DNA from: Deltaproteobacteria bacterium
GTDB lineage: Bacteria; Myxococcota_A; UBA9160; SMWR01
Direction: 5' to 3'
Length of the DNA stretch: 64,000 bases
Assembly: GCA_032128375.1 (NCBI GenBank)
Contig: JAQBGU010000188.1
Span: 96,001 to 160,000, forward strand
Under the pieces are notes generated by a model. It searched no databases, was not told where the DNA came from, and saw nothing but the letters and a program-made list of their open reading frames with translations. Positions 24,536 through 35,056 of this stretch are shown here, piece by piece (position 1 is the stretch's first letter; the number at the start of each line of letters is the position of its first letter). The position numbers were made by a program, and so were the translations under genes.

Positions 24536-24584
24536 ACTGACTCTCCTCGCGGTCGCGGGGCGGATGTGCGTCTTGCGGGTGGCT

Positions 24585-24911
24585 TCACGGCGCCGGCGCG
24601 AGAATCGCCAACACGACCAGACGTCCGGAGCCGCTGTTTCGAATCCCGTGCGCGACGCCTTCAGGTGCGACCAACATCACCCCGGGCTCCATCGCGACCT
24701 CACGGTCTTCGAGTAGGAACGCGCCAGTCCCTTCCAGCACGTGATAAACCTTGTCCATTTCGGGGTGGGCGTGGAGTTTGTGTTCCTGCCCGGGTTCGAA
24801 GCAATTGAGCCCGACCATGATCCGCTGAGAGCGGAAAATGGTCGCCTTTCCCATTTTCTCCGCAGAGAAGACCGCGTGTTGCTCTGGGCGAATCGCGCTG
24901 GGGTGCTCCAT
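24585..24911 (-). CDS. Cupin domain protein
   Basis: PGQEHKLHAH...YHVLEG and PEGVAHGIRN cupin motifs. Confidence 0.85.
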   Translation of the reverse strand: MEHPSAIRPEQHAVFSAEKMGKATIFRSQRIMVGLNCFEPGQEHKLHAHPEMDKVYHVLEGTGAFLLEDREVAMEPGVMLVAPEGVAHGIRNSGSGRLVVLAILAPAP

Positions 24912-25090
24912 GATCCTCTCTGGGCCTGGGCAGATTGAGCCAGGCAGACTGAGAACTCGCCGAACTATACCTCGCTATCCGGCGCCTCACCTCGGGCCCG
25001 ACCCGACGCCCCTGTGCGCGGTAGACTAATCTCAACAGCGCCAACACGCTGTGGAAAGGTATTTTGGTCGAACTTCCCTCACAAAGCGAC

Positions 25091-25984
25091 ATGAAAGCCG
25101 ATGCCGCTGCGCAGCGATCGGCCGCACCGGCCTGGTTGCGGCTGATGCGGCCTCGGCAGTGGTCGAAAAATCTGTTGGTGTTCGCGGCGTTGGTCTTTGC
25201 GGATCGGTTGCTATCGATGGATTCGGTACAGCTGGCGCTGATGGGATTCGCCTCATTTTGCCTGGCGAGTTCTTCGACGTACATCGTGAACGACCTTTTG
25301 GATGTGGAGCGGGATCGTCTCCACCCGACCAAACGCCTGCGGCCGATCGCATCCGGCGAGGTCACGACAAGCACCGCCATCGCGATGACGGTGGTCCTGA
25401 CTGCGAGCTCGTTTGCGGTCGCTGCGTGGATCGGCTGGATGTTCAGCGCAGCGATTGTCACCTACGTCGTCCAGGTGCACTTCTACTCGATGATCGGCAA
25501 GCACATCGTGATCTTGGACACGATGCTTGTCGCAGCCGGTTTCGTGCTCCGAGCGGTAGGCGGTGCAATCGCAATCAACGTCGCCTCGTCGAATTGGTTC
25601 GTGCTGTGCACGTTTTTCGCCGCGCTGTTTCTGGCGCTGACCAAGCGCCGAGCCGAAAAACTCGCTCTGCGTGGCGATGCGGTCAACACGCGATCGGTAC
25701 TCGAGCAGTACACCGATTCGACGCTTGCCGCCTATATCGCGGCGGCCGTCGCTGTCACCACGATCAGTTATGCGCTCTACGTGATCGACGCCTCCACCCA
25801 CTACCCCCGGCTACCGCTGACGGTTCCATTCGTGGTATTTGCAGTGTTTCGCTACCTCCACCTGGTCGAGACCGCCGGCCTGGGAGAGAAGCCCGAAGAC
25901 GTGTTTTTCGAGGATCGCCCGTTTCAGATCGGCGTGATCGCATTTGTCGTGGCGGCGCTGGCCGCATTGTATTGGGGAGTCTGA
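25091..25984 (+). CDS. UbiA-family decaprenyl-phosphate phosphoribosyltransferase-like protein
   Basis: RPRQWSKNLLVF, YIVNDLLDVERDRLHPTKRLRPIASG, KRRAE motifs. Confidence 0.87.
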   Translation: MKADAAAQRSAAPAWLRLMRPRQWSKNLLVFAALVFADRLLSMDSVQLALMGFASFCLASSSTYIVNDLLDVERDRLHPTKRLRPIASGEVTTSTAIAMTVVLTASSFAVAAWIGWMFSAAIVTYVVQVHFYSMIGKHIVILDTMLVAAGFVLRAVGGAIAINVASSNWFVLCTFFAALFLALTKRRAEKLALRGDAVNTRSVLEQYTDSTLAAYIAAAVAVTTISYALYVIDASTHYPRLPLTVPFVVFAVFRYLHLVETAGLGEKPEDVFFEDRPFQIGVIAFVVAALAALYWGV

Positions 25985-26008
25985 GTCCATTTTCGGGTCG
26001 GTGACGCC

Positions 26009-27121
26009 GTGAAGAGAATCCTGTGCCTGTTCGGAACCCGGCCCGAGATCATCAAGCTCGCCCCGGTTTTGCGGGCGCTCGAAAACCGACCCGAACGCTT
26101 CGAGGTACTTCGGGTGGCATCATCGCAACACATCAGCCTGTTGCATCCGTTTGCTCAGCACTTTGGAGTACCGATCGATCGCGACCTCGAAGTCATGAAG
26201 GACGCCCAGACGCCCGCCCAGGTCGCCGCGAGGGTACTCGAAGGACTCGGCCCCATCCTCGACGAATGCCAGCCCGACCTCGTGCTGGTGCAGGGCGACA
26301 CCACGACCGCGATGGCGGGCGCGCTCGCGAGCTTCTTTCACCGTGCCGCTGTCGGTCACGTCGAAGCGGGCCTGCGCTCCGGCGATCCGAGTAGCCCATT
26401 TCCCGAAGAAACCAACCGCACGCTGATCAGCCGCATTGCGAACTATCATTTCGCTGCGACTCCACATAATGTAGAGACACTCGTCAGCGAAGGCGTCGAT
26501 GCTTCTCGGATCGCGCTGACTGGGAATCCCATTGTCGACGCGCTGCACTTCAGCCTGGCTCACGACAAACCCAGCAAGCGGCTTCAGAGCCGGCTCGATT
26601 CCATCGAACAGAAACTGTTGGTGCTCACCACGCACCGGCGGGAGAGTTTCGGCGAGACGATGCGGGGAAACCTCGAAGTGATTCGCCGTTTCGTCGAGGC
26701 GCACGCTGATGTGGCATTGGCGTTCCCGGTCCACCCGAACCCCGAGGTCCTCGGGCCGACACGAAAAATCCTCGGCGGTGTCGATCGTGTGCATCTGCTC
26801 GACCCACTCGGCTACCCCGATTTCATTGCGCTGCTAAAGCGCGCATGGCTGGTAGTATCGGACTCGGGGGGCGTGCAAGAAGAGGCTCCGACGCTCGGAA
26901 AGGCACTGTTGGTACTGCGCGAAAACACCGAGCGTCCCGAAGCGATCGAATCAGGTGTCGCGCGATTGGTCGGCGGTTCGCCCCAGGCCCTCGAAGAGAT
27001 TCTTTCGGAGTTGTACACCGACGACAGTTGGATGCGTCATGTGAGTCAGATCCCCAATCCGTTCGGGCAAGGGAACGCCGGAGAGCGCATCGCAGACGCG
27101 ATCGAAATCTTCTTGAACTGA
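26009..27121 (+). CDS. wecB: UDP-N-acetylglucosamine 2-epimerase (non-hydrolysing)
   Basis: FGTRPEIIK, VQGDTTT, HVEAGLRS, PFPEE, HRRES, DSGGVQEEAP, TERPE. Confidence 0.94.
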   Translation: MKRILCLFGTRPEIIKLAPVLRALENRPERFEVLRVASSQHISLLHPFAQHFGVPIDRDLEVMKDAQTPAQVAARVLEGLGPILDECQPDLVLVQGDTTTAMAGALASFFHRAAVGHVEAGLRSGDPSSPFPEETNRTLISRIANYHFAATPHNVETLVSEGVDASRIALTGNPIVDALHFSLAHDKPSKRLQSRLDSIEQKLLVLTTHRRESFGETMRGNLEVIRRFVEAHADVALAFPVHPNPEVLGPTRKILGGVDRVHLLDPLGYPDFIALLKRAWLVVSDSGGVQEEAPTLGKALLVLRENTERPEAIESGVARLVGGSPQALEEILSELYTDDSWMRHVSQIPNPFGQGNAGERIADAIEIFLN

Positions 27122-27169
27122 CACATCTCGAACGGACACTCCTGGAACTGGACTCGAAGGACACACCAG

Positions 27170-27565
27170 ATGGCCAAATCGCTCGCCGACTTCGTGAATG
27201 AAGCATTGAAGAGCATCGAAGAAGTGACACCCGAACGCGCACTCGAAATCCTCGAGGCACCCGACTGCGACGGCTGGCACTTCATCGACGTGCGAGAACC
27301 CGATGAGTTCGTTCCGGCGCACATCCGCACCGCGCGCAACTTTCCGCGCGGCTTCCTGGAAGTCCGTGCGGATCTCGAGCACTACAAGCGCGATCCGTGG
27401 CTCGAAGACCGCAACCGAAAACTGATCTTGTATTGCGGCGGCGGACACAGAAGCGCGTTGGCGACCCGGACGCTCGCGCAAATGGGTTTTGTAAACCTGC
27501 TGTCACTTCGCGAAGGCTGGACGGGCTGGATCGAGCGTGGCTTTCCGATCGAGACCGCGGTCTAG
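27170..27565 (+). CDS. Rhodanese-like domain protein
   Basis: IDVREPDEF, LYCGGGHRSAL active-site loop, GWTGW. Confidence 0.88.
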   Translation: MAKSLADFVNEALKSIEEVTPERALEILEAPDCDGWHFIDVREPDEFVPAHIRTARNFPRGFLEVRADLEHYKRDPWLEDRNRKLILYCGGGHRSALATRTLAQMGFVNLLSLREGWTGWIERGFPIETAV

Positions 27566-27624
27566 CGAATTGGTCCGGTGAGTCGCGCTCGTGGTGCGAG
27601 AGCGTGGAGCCGAAGCTGCGCGAG

Positions 27625-29034
27625 CTATTCTTCGGCACCAACGGGCGGGAGTTCTTCGCGGCCGGGTAGCCTGTCGTCCAGGCTGTGGATCCAACCGGCG
27701 GTTCTCTCACTCATGTCATTCAGCATCTCGCGTGTTTCATTTGTCGAATCGTCGTCGGGAAGCTTCGCGCGGTCGGGAACCAGCACCGAAACAACGTCCA
27801 GCACTTCAGTACGTTCTGCGAACACACGCTCGTGCAGTGCGATGCCGCGGTCGAGGAGAACCTGGCGTGTGGAGGGGGACGCGACACCGCTCAACCACAC
27901 CAATCGGTCACCAGTCGGCGGCAAGGCTGCGAACAATAAGTCGGTCTCGGCCGTCCAGGCGAGGTAGTCGGCCCGAACAGGCAGCACGCTGCGGCCGTCC
28001 GCAGCGTCGAAGGTCAGCGTGTCTCCGGTCGCACTCACAGCGACGACTGGCTGTGTGCTGCGATGATACAACCAGACGAGTTCGGCAAGCTCCACGTAAA
28101 AGCGACAGCGCGTCTCGTCGTCCGCGCGTGCGGCCTGTTTCGCCAACCCGCCGCGCCCCGGAACGCTCTCGATCGACGCAAGCGCGCTCACCAGCAACGT
28201 CGTATGCGTCAGCGTGCAGACGGGATGGTCGTTGATCGCGCTGATCTCGTCGGACCACAGGCCCATTTTTTTGAGCGCCGCAGCGCTCCCTGCCTCCAAC
28301 GTCTCCGGTGGGATGTTCCATCCCAACGCTCGCACCCCGTGAATCTGCCGGGAAGTCGCGACCGCGAGCTTCGCGGCCATTGGCGCTTGTGACATCGCCA
28401 AATCGACCGCGAGGCCACCCACGAAAGACGACCAGGCCACCTCGTCGAGTTCGTTTTGAAGAATCTCGTTGGACGAGAACGGATCCACACCCATCTCGGC
28501 AGCCAGCCGGCGCTTGACCCGGCCGTAGCCCAGAGCTGTCTTCACCCGTTCGGTTTTTGATTTCTCGGGCTCGTTTTCGTCACTAGTGCTCAGCGAGGCA
28601 ATCGAAAGGTCATTCCACCAGTTTTTGACGCTCTGCGGAACGTCTTTCGCGACCCTGACCGGGTCTACGAGTGCATCTTTCGCAAAGCCCAGCGGGCCGG
28701 CAGCCGCCGCCTTCACTGCGTCCAGGTAACCCTTCGTCAGCTTCAGCTCGCGCAGAACCGCGATGGCTTCCTGCTCACGCGCGCGCTCGAGCACCATCGA
28801 ATTCCCGTACGCCTCGATGCGCTGGTAGTTGGAAATCAACACGTACCGGTTCATCTGGCCGTCGTTTTTGACTTGCCGTTCGATGGCGAATTGATCGCCG
28901 ACGGCGGCGGCTTCGCCCAGCTGGTCGTAGACGTCGAGCAGCGGAGGTGTTTCGTAGGCCGCGAAATCATCGCCGAGCGCCGCAAACGGCGCGAGAAGCA
29001 ACATTGGGACCAGAAAGAAACGCCTCAGCCGCAT
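27625..29034 (-). CDS. Hypothetical exported protein
   Basis: 469-aa ORF with Sec-type signal peptide (MRLRRFFLVPMLLLAPFAALG) and natural composition; no motif recognised. Confidence 0.7.
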   Translation of the reverse strand: MRLRRFFLVPMLLLAPFAALGDDFAAYETPPLLDVYDQLGEAAAVGDQFAIERQVKNDGQMNRYVLISNYQRIEAYGNSMVLERAREQEAIAVLRELKLTKGYLDAVKAAAAGPLGFAKDALVDPVRVAKDVPQSVKNWWNDLSIASLSTSDENEPEKSKTERVKTALGYGRVKRRLAAEMGVDPFSSNEILQNELDEVAWSSFVGGLAVDLAMSQAPMAAKLAVATSRQIHGVRALGWNIPPETLEAGSAAALKKMGLWSDEISAINDHPVCTLTHTTLLVSALASIESVPGRGGLAKQAARADDETRCRFYVELAELVWLYHRSTQPVVAVSATGDTLTFDAADGRSVLPVRADYLAWTAETDLLFAALPPTGDRLVWLSGVASPSTRQVLLDRGIALHERVFAERTEVLDVVSVLVPDRAKLPDDDSTNETREMLNDMSERTAGWIHSLDDRLPGREELPPVGAEE

Positions 29035-29110
29035 ACTGGAACAGTCTGGCCGGAAAGTGGTGATAGATCAACTGGCCCCAGCGCCAGTCGGTTTGGGTAA
29101 TCTACCCAGC

Positions 29111-29953
29111 ATGTCGAATCCCAAGCGCGTTTGCGTTGGCTCCATCGAGATGGGCTACGAAGAGCAGGGTGTCGGAGACCGCCCCTTCGTCCTCGTTCAC
29201 GGCTTCACGGGCTCACGCGACGACTTCGCGGACGTCCTCGGCGGACTCGCCGAAAAGGGCCGCACGATCACAATCGACCAGCGCGGACACGGCGAGAGCA
29301 CCAACACCGGCCGCCCCAAAGACTACAACTTCGACATCGCCGTGACCGACCTGCTCGGCTTCCTCGATGCCTTGGCGATCGACCGATGCGACCTGCTCGG
29401 CCACTCGATGGGTGGCATGGTCGCGATTCGCTTCGTGCTCGCCCATCCGGGCCGCGTCGCCTCGTTGATTCTGATGGATACCTCCCCCTCGCCCATCAAG
29501 CTCATGCCGGTCGCGATGATGCAAGCCGGCGCCAAGGTCGGTCGCGAACAGGGCATGGGTGCGCTGTTCGAAATCATGCGTGCCGGCGCTGCAAACGACC
29601 CCAACCGCGCGCCCGCAATGCGCCGATCAGAACAGGAGATGGGCGCCGAGCGCTACTGGAAACGCATCAGCACCAAGATCGAAGCCATGGATCCCGAAGC
29701 GATGCACGCCTGGGCGGCGATCCTGGCCGACCATCACCCCGCCATCGACCGCCTCGCTGAAATCCGTTGCCCGACTCTCGTCATTGTCGGCGAGCAGGAC
29801 GCTCCTTTCCTCGCACCCTCACGCTCTATGGCCGACGAGATCGGCGACGCCACCCTCTCCATCGTCCCCGGTGCAGCCCACAGCCCGCAGCTCGAAAACC
29901 CGAAGGCCTGGCTCGAAGCGATCCGCGCGCATCTCGACCGTGCGCGCCACTGA
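29111..29953 (+). CDS. Alpha/beta hydrolase
   Basis: LVHGFTG, DQRGHGES, GHSMGG, VGEQD, GAAHSPQLE. Confidence 0.9.
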   Translation: MSNPKRVCVGSIEMGYEEQGVGDRPFVLVHGFTGSRDDFADVLGGLAEKGRTITIDQRGHGESTNTGRPKDYNFDIAVTDLLGFLDALAIDRCDLLGHSMGGMVAIRFVLAHPGRVASLILMDTSPSPIKLMPVAMMQAGAKVGREQGMGALFEIMRAGAANDPNRAPAMRRSEQEMGAERYWKRISTKIEAMDPEAMHAWAAILADHHPAIDRLAEIRCPTLVIVGEQDAPFLAPSRSMADEIGDATLSIVPGAAHSPQLENPKAWLEAIRAHLDRARH

Positions 29954-29971
29954 CTCGGGAGCAATGACTCA

Positions 29972-31345
29972 TTGGACTCCGCTACCCCGCGTCTCGCGTC
30001 TTCGACGATCTTCGCATACTGCCTGCCGAACGTCGGAACCGGCTTCATGTTCTTGCTCATCGGCTTGTACCTGATGAAGTTTTCCACCGACGTGTTGCTG
30101 ATCGCTCCAGCCACGATGGGGACCATTTTCGGACTTTCACGGATCTGGGATGCGGTTTCGGACCCGATCGCAGGCTACTTGTCGGATCGGAGCAGCAACC
30201 CAATGGGCCGGCGCCGCCCCTGGATCGCGGCGTCGATGTTGCCTATCGCTGTCTTCTACGTGATGGCCTGGAGTCCTCTCGAATCACTGTCGGGCCAGGC
30301 ACTCGTGGCTTGGATGGCAGTCAGCATATTCGGCTTCTATTCCGCGATGACGATATTCATCGTGCCCCACATGTCGCTGGGCGCCGAACTGACGACCGAC
30401 TACCACGACCGCAACCGGTTGTTCGGCATCCGACACATCAGCTGGACACTGGGTTCGACGCTGTCGTTGGCCGCGATGGCGCTACTGATCTCTGTCGAAG
30501 CCGAATCGGGCGCCGCGGTGCGTCAATCGGCCTTCCAATTGGGTGTGGGGGCGGCACTCGCAACGGCGAGCATGCTGGGCTTTGCTGCATGGTTCCTGCG
30601 AGAGCGTCCCGAATTCCAGGGCCGTGGCGCACAGCGCCCCTTCGCGGCATTCGCAGACGTCTGGAAAAACCAGCACGCGCGGTTGCTTCTGATCGTGACA
30701 CTGGTCGAAAACCTCGGTGGCGCGACAATCGGAATCCTGACGCTGTACATCGCACAGTACATTGTCGGCAGACCGCAACTCGCTCCGGTATTCATCCTTT
30801 GTTACATGGTGCCGTCGATCGCTTCGGTGCCGTTGTGGATCCCGATCTCCCGGCGGATCGGCAAGAAGCGACTGTGGGTACTCGCGCAGACCCTGACGGC
30901 GCTTTCGTTTGGCGGGATGTTCTTTCTACAGCAGGGGTCGGTCTGGCTGATTTCGATGCTGGCGGCCTCTGCTGGCGTCGCCGCGGGCGCGGGGGGCACG
31001 GTCAGTCCGTCGATCCAGGCCGACGTGATCGATTTCGACGAATACAATACCGGCGAGCGCAAGGAGGGCGCGTACTTCTCGGCGTGGAATTTCGTATTCA
31101 AGTCAGCGTTCGGAATTACGCTGATGTTCACCGGCTATGTACTGCAATTTTCCGGTTTCCAACCCAATGTCGAGCAGACAGATACCGTGAAGCTCGCCCT
31201 AAAGACCCTCTATGCGATCTACCCGTGCGTTTGTTACGGCGTGGGTGCGCTGTTGCTCTCGCGATTCTCGTTGAACGAAGACGAGTACGCGGTCTTGCGA
31301 ACCGAACTCGATCGGCGCAGCGTCGAATTGGCTGCACAGCGGTGA
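29972..31345 (+). CDS. MFS transporter, GPH family
   Basis: RIWDAVSDPIAGYLSD, GRRRPW, ADVIDFDEYNTGERKEG motifs. Confidence 0.9.
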   Translation: MDSATPRLASSTIFAYCLPNVGTGFMFLLIGLYLMKFSTDVLLIAPATMGTIFGLSRIWDAVSDPIAGYLSDRSSNPMGRRRPWIAASMLPIAVFYVMAWSPLESLSGQALVAWMAVSIFGFYSAMTIFIVPHMSLGAELTTDYHDRNRLFGIRHISWTLGSTLSLAAMALLISVEAESGAAVRQSAFQLGVGAALATASMLGFAAWFLRERPEFQGRGAQRPFAAFADVWKNQHARLLLIVTLVENLGGATIGILTLYIAQYIVGRPQLAPVFILCYMVPSIASVPLWIPISRRIGKKRLWVLAQTLTALSFGGMFFLQQGSVWLISMLAASAGVAAGAGGTVSPSIQADVIDFDEYNTGERKEGAYFSAWNFVFKSAFGITLMFTGYVLQFSGFQPNVEQTDTVKLALKTLYAIYPCVCYGVGALLLSRFSLNEDEYAVLRTELDRRSVELAAQR

Positions 31346-31467
31346 CGTCAGACTGTTCACCCATGCCGAACGCAAGCACACGCTCGACCCAGTTCTGCGT
31401 GCTACCGGAAGCGCTGGCCTGGTACCCGTAGGGCTTCGCTTTCCGCGGTAGAGGACATCTGTTTCCG

Positions 31468-33120
31468 ATGCGAACGACGCTCATCTTGATCGTGGCGGCA
31501 CTTGCATGGATCGCAGTCGCAGCATCCGCCATCGCCGCGGACAACGCTTCGTCTCGCGCAGCCTCGAGCCATAGCGTTCTGGCAACGCAACCGCCCGTGT
31601 TGAGCGAATACCACGCTCGACAGCCCGGCGATGGAATCAAGTTCTTGATCGCCGCCCTTGCGACCGGGCTGTTGGTCCTGCGCACCTGGCGGGAGCGCCG
31701 CGCCGGGCCGACCCGCATCGAGAACGCGGCGCTCGGACTGCTCGCGATCGCTTCCGTTTTCGCGTGGTGGAATTTCTTGCAGTTTCATCATCCCCACTAC
31801 ATTCACCTGGCAGATACGTTCCACTACTACATCGGTGCGCGCTACTTTCCGGAGTTGGGCTATTCGCGCTTATACGATTGCACCGAGGTAGCGAATGCTC
31901 GGCTTGCAGGACCACGCGGCCAGATCCCCAGCTCGTTGCGCGATCTGTCGACCAACACCATCGTGTCCAGCGCGTCGATCCTGGCGGAGCCAGAGCGCTG
32001 TACGAAACACTTCAGTGCAGAGCGTTGGCGCGATTTCGAGCGCGATGTGGCGATGTTTCGCAACCGCCTCCCCCCGGCACGCTGGAAGCGTCTGCTGCTT
32101 GACCACGGTTACAACGGGACACCTTTCTGGACGCTCGTCGGCGGCGCACTCGCTGCCGGGAGTGGCGGCTTCTGGTCGCGGGTCAGGTGGCTTACCTGGA
32201 TCGATCCGCTGCTGCTGCTGGTGATGTGGGGTTGCGCCGGCTGGGCATTTGGGTGGCGCGGGGCGGCAGTCGGCGTGATCTACTGGGGGACCTGTTACCC
32301 CGGCCAGTTTGACTGGAACGGTGGTGCATTCCTTCGCCAGGGCTGGCTTGCCGCCAGCGTCTGTGGCGTTTGCCTGGCCAAGCGCGAACACTACCGCGCG
32401 GCCGGGTTTCTGATTGCCGTCGCCGGGCTACTGCGGGTGTTTCCCGCACTGTTGGCGCTACCAATCGGAATTCAGGTCGCCGCGCGGGCGCTGCGCAGAC
32501 AGCGAACGTGGTTGCTGCCGGAACATCGCAAGCTGCTGGTCGGTGCGGCTTGCGCGATCGGAGTTCTGCTCCCCGCGTCGATGCTGGCGAACGGCACGAG
32601 CGCTTGGGCCGACTTTGTTCGCAACAGCCGCCTGCACCTCCGCACACCGTTGTTGAATCACGCCGGCCTGAAAACGTTGGTAGCATTCGATCCCGATACG
32701 CGCAGCCAGATGTTATTCGATCGGGAGCTGACTGATCCGCTCACGCGTTGGAAGCAGACTCGCATCGACCAGTCTGAACGCCGATTTTGGCTGTATGCGG
32801 CAGCGCTCGCGGGCTTCGTTGTACTATTGCGATTCGGCGCCAACCAACCCGTCTGGGTGCTCGCGCTGCTAGGCGTAGCCGCGATCCCGATTGCGACCGA
32901 ACTAACCAGCTACTACATGACCGTGCTTTGCGGATTCGGTCTGGCGGCGTCGCGGCGTCCGGTCGTAGGCGCGGCGCTGTGCGCGCTCGCCGCGTCCGGT
33001 TGGCTCTTCGCATTCGGCTGGCCGGTCTACGACGAGCACCACGCGCTGCTCAGTGCGGCCATCGTTGCGTTTGTCGGATTCGCAACCGTTGTGCTCAGCC
33101 GAAAAACCTTACTCCCGTAG
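31468..33120 (+). CDS. Multi-pass membrane protein, probable GT-C-fold glycosyltransferase
   Basis: Many TM segments, periplasmic loop with DTFHYY, DHGYNGTP motif, LLRVFP segment reminiscent of GT87-like proteins. Confidence 0.55.
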   Translation: MRTTLILIVAALAWIAVAASAIAADNASSRAASSHSVLATQPPVLSEYHARQPGDGIKFLIAALATGLLVLRTWRERRAGPTRIENAALGLLAIASVFAWWNFLQFHHPHYIHLADTFHYYIGARYFPELGYSRLYDCTEVANARLAGPRGQIPSSLRDLSTNTIVSSASILAEPERCTKHFSAERWRDFERDVAMFRNRLPPARWKRLLLDHGYNGTPFWTLVGGALAAGSGGFWSRVRWLTWIDPLLLLVMWGCAGWAFGWRGAAVGVIYWGTCYPGQFDWNGGAFLRQGWLAASVCGVCLAKREHYRAAGFLIAVAGLLRVFPALLALPIGIQVAARALRRQRTWLLPEHRKLLVGAACAIGVLLPASMLANGTSAWADFVRNSRLHLRTPLLNHAGLKTLVAFDPDTRSQMLFDRELTDPLTRWKQTRIDQSERRFWLYAAALAGFVVLLRFGANQPVWVLALLGVAAIPIATELTSYYMTVLCGFGLAASRRPVVGAALCALAASGWLFAFGWPVYDEHHALLSAAIVAFVGFATVVLSRKTLLP

Positions 33121-35010
33121 GTCGACCCGACGGTTGTCGCGTTGCCGCAGCAGTTCGTCGAACCGCTGCTTGACGATCGCGCCCGATGAGTCGAGCAGCA
33201 GGGCCGATGCGTCCGTCATCACCGCTGTCGCGTAGACGAAGCGGCGGGCAGCGCGCGCTCGATCTACCGCCGCTCGCCGCTGTGAGGGTGGGCCGACGAA
33301 GTCGTAATCGAAGTCGGCGTATGCAACCCGCTTGCGAAGCGCGAGGAATGCAACGAAGCGCACAGCATCGTACGGGTCATCGAGCAGCTGGGCCAGATAC
33401 GGGATCATCCAGTCCGATTTCTCGCGCGCCCCCGAAGCTTCTCGCGCGGCGTCCCAACCCATCGACCACGCGGCGAGCGCTCGTTGGCCTGCGTCACCGC
33501 GCAGCGCCCACAGCGCGCCAGTCGCCACATGCGCGTCGTCACCGGCGATTCTGGGTGGCGACATCCCGTACCATTGCTCGAGGCTTTCGGCTGTCTCGGC
33601 GAGTGTGTGGTCGAGGTGACACCCGTTGCATGCGTTCGGCCGCCCGGTGGCGAGGGTTTCGTCGGCCGACGGATTGGTCACCGTGTGACTGCGGTGCGCC
33701 TTCTGAATGCCGTATGCGGTAAACGGCATGTGGCAGTTGTAGCAAAGGCTCCCAGCCGACTCGGTCGGATGGTGGGTATGAGCCGTCAACGCCTCCCCCG
33801 CCAGATGCGGATGGCACCCGGTACAAGCCGCGTTCCCTTGCATGCCATCGCCTAGCTGGTCGCTTCGCCACTGATCGACGCTGCGCGGGTCGGCCGCAGA
33901 CAGATGCATGCTGTGGCACGAATTGCAGCTGATTTCTCCGCGTTCGAAACAAGGCGACTCGAGCAGGCCGCTGTATTCCCGCCCGGACACGCGAATGATT
34001 CCGTCGCTCCAGAAGGTACTCGAAAAGAAGCCAGGGTCTTCTGCGACCGCGGCGCGGACGACATCCCGACTTCTCCTTTCGCGAGCATCGCCCGGCTGAT
34101 AGTCGGGCTCGAGGTACCGCGGCCGTACGAAAATGCGTCGTTCATTGATATTCATCCCAGGCCGATAGCCATCGAGTTCATCACCCATCAGCCATACACC
34201 GTGACATTGCCCGCACACCTGGGCGGCGCGCCTCGAATCGAGGCGGGCCGGTTGCACGATGCTCGAATCGTTGTTGCCGCCGAGGTGTTGGGCGTAGCGG
34301 TGCAGGGGGTCGCGGTTGCGCAGCACGTGTTCCTCTGCAGGCCCGTGGCACGCCTCACACGCGATCCCGAACTCCGCGACGCGAGTGTCCAACAGGCCAT
34401 CGTCGTCGGCTCGCAACTCGGGGCTGACCGAATGGCACTTGCTGCAGACGCGATTCCATTCTCCGACCGCGTGGCTCGCCCGCTTGCTGGCTGGCGTCAG
34501 GTAGGTCGATTGAGCTGGAATCCAGCGACCGAGCCGCAAACTGTAGTCGAGGGGAAGTTGTTGCAGTGCGCGATCCTTTCGCGTGGCGGAGTACCAATAC
34601 ATTTGATCGTGATGCGAGCCGGTCGTCATCAGCAAGCGGCGTAAAACGCGGTGCCGCTGCTGCTTGCCAATCCGAGCCGATTGTTCCCACTCTGCGAAGA
34701 ACGCGTCGCCTTCTTTGAAGAGCCGATAGCGAACACCGTTCGACTCGACCCGCGCGTTATTGAAATCGCCCAGCACCGACTCGGACGCTGCGACCTGAGT
34801 CATGGTTCGGTGGAAGGAAGAGTGCCAGGTGGCGTACTCGCGGGGATGGCAGGCGCGGCAGGTGCCGGATGTCACATAGCCGTCGATGTGAGCTTCGACC
34901 GGCCGATCCGTGGGCGTCTCGCCCGAATCGGAAATGGCCGGACGCATCGAGACGACCAACGACAACGCCAGCACGGCACCACAAGACACAGCGAACGCGT
35001 TATTCACCAC
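33109..35010 (-). CDS. Multiheme (8 CxxCH) c-type cytochrome with helical C-terminal domain; start near GTG 35010
   Basis: CRACH, CSKCH, CEACH, CGQCH, CNSCH, CTGCH, CYNCH, CNGCH; hydrophobic N-terminal signal segment. Confidence 0.85.
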   Translation of the reverse strand: MVNNAFAVSCGAVLALSLVVSMRPAISDSGETPTDRPVEAHIDGYVTSGTCRACHPREYATWHSSFHRTMTQVAASESVLGDFNNARVESNGVRYRLFKEGDAFFAEWEQSARIGKQQRHRVLRRLLMTTGSHHDQMYWYSATRKDRALQQLPLDYSLRLGRWIPAQSTYLTPASKRASHAVGEWNRVCSKCHSVSPELRADDDGLLDTRVAEFGIACEACHGPAEEHVLRNRDPLHRYAQHLGGNNDSSIVQPARLDSRRAAQVCGQCHGVWLMGDELDGYRPGMNINERRIFVRPRYLEPDYQPGDARERRSRDVVRAAVAEDPGFFSSTFWSDGIIRVSGREYSGLLESPCFERGEISCNSCHSMHLSAADPRSVDQWRSDQLGDGMQGNAACTGCHPHLAGEALTAHTHHPTESAGSLCYNCHMPFTAYGIQKAHRSHTVTNPSADETLATGRPNACNGCHLDHTLAETAESLEQWYGMSPPRIAGDDAHVATGALWALRGDAGQRALAAWSMGWDAAREASGAREKSDWMIPYLAQLLDDPYDAVRFVAFLALRKRVAYADFDYDFVGPPSQRRAAVDRARAARRFVYATAVMTDASALLLDSSGAIVKQRFDELLRQRDNRRVDLRE

Positions 35011-35056
35011 CCCAATGTGCGCGATCTCACCGGTCGGCCGCAAATCGACTGGCGAA

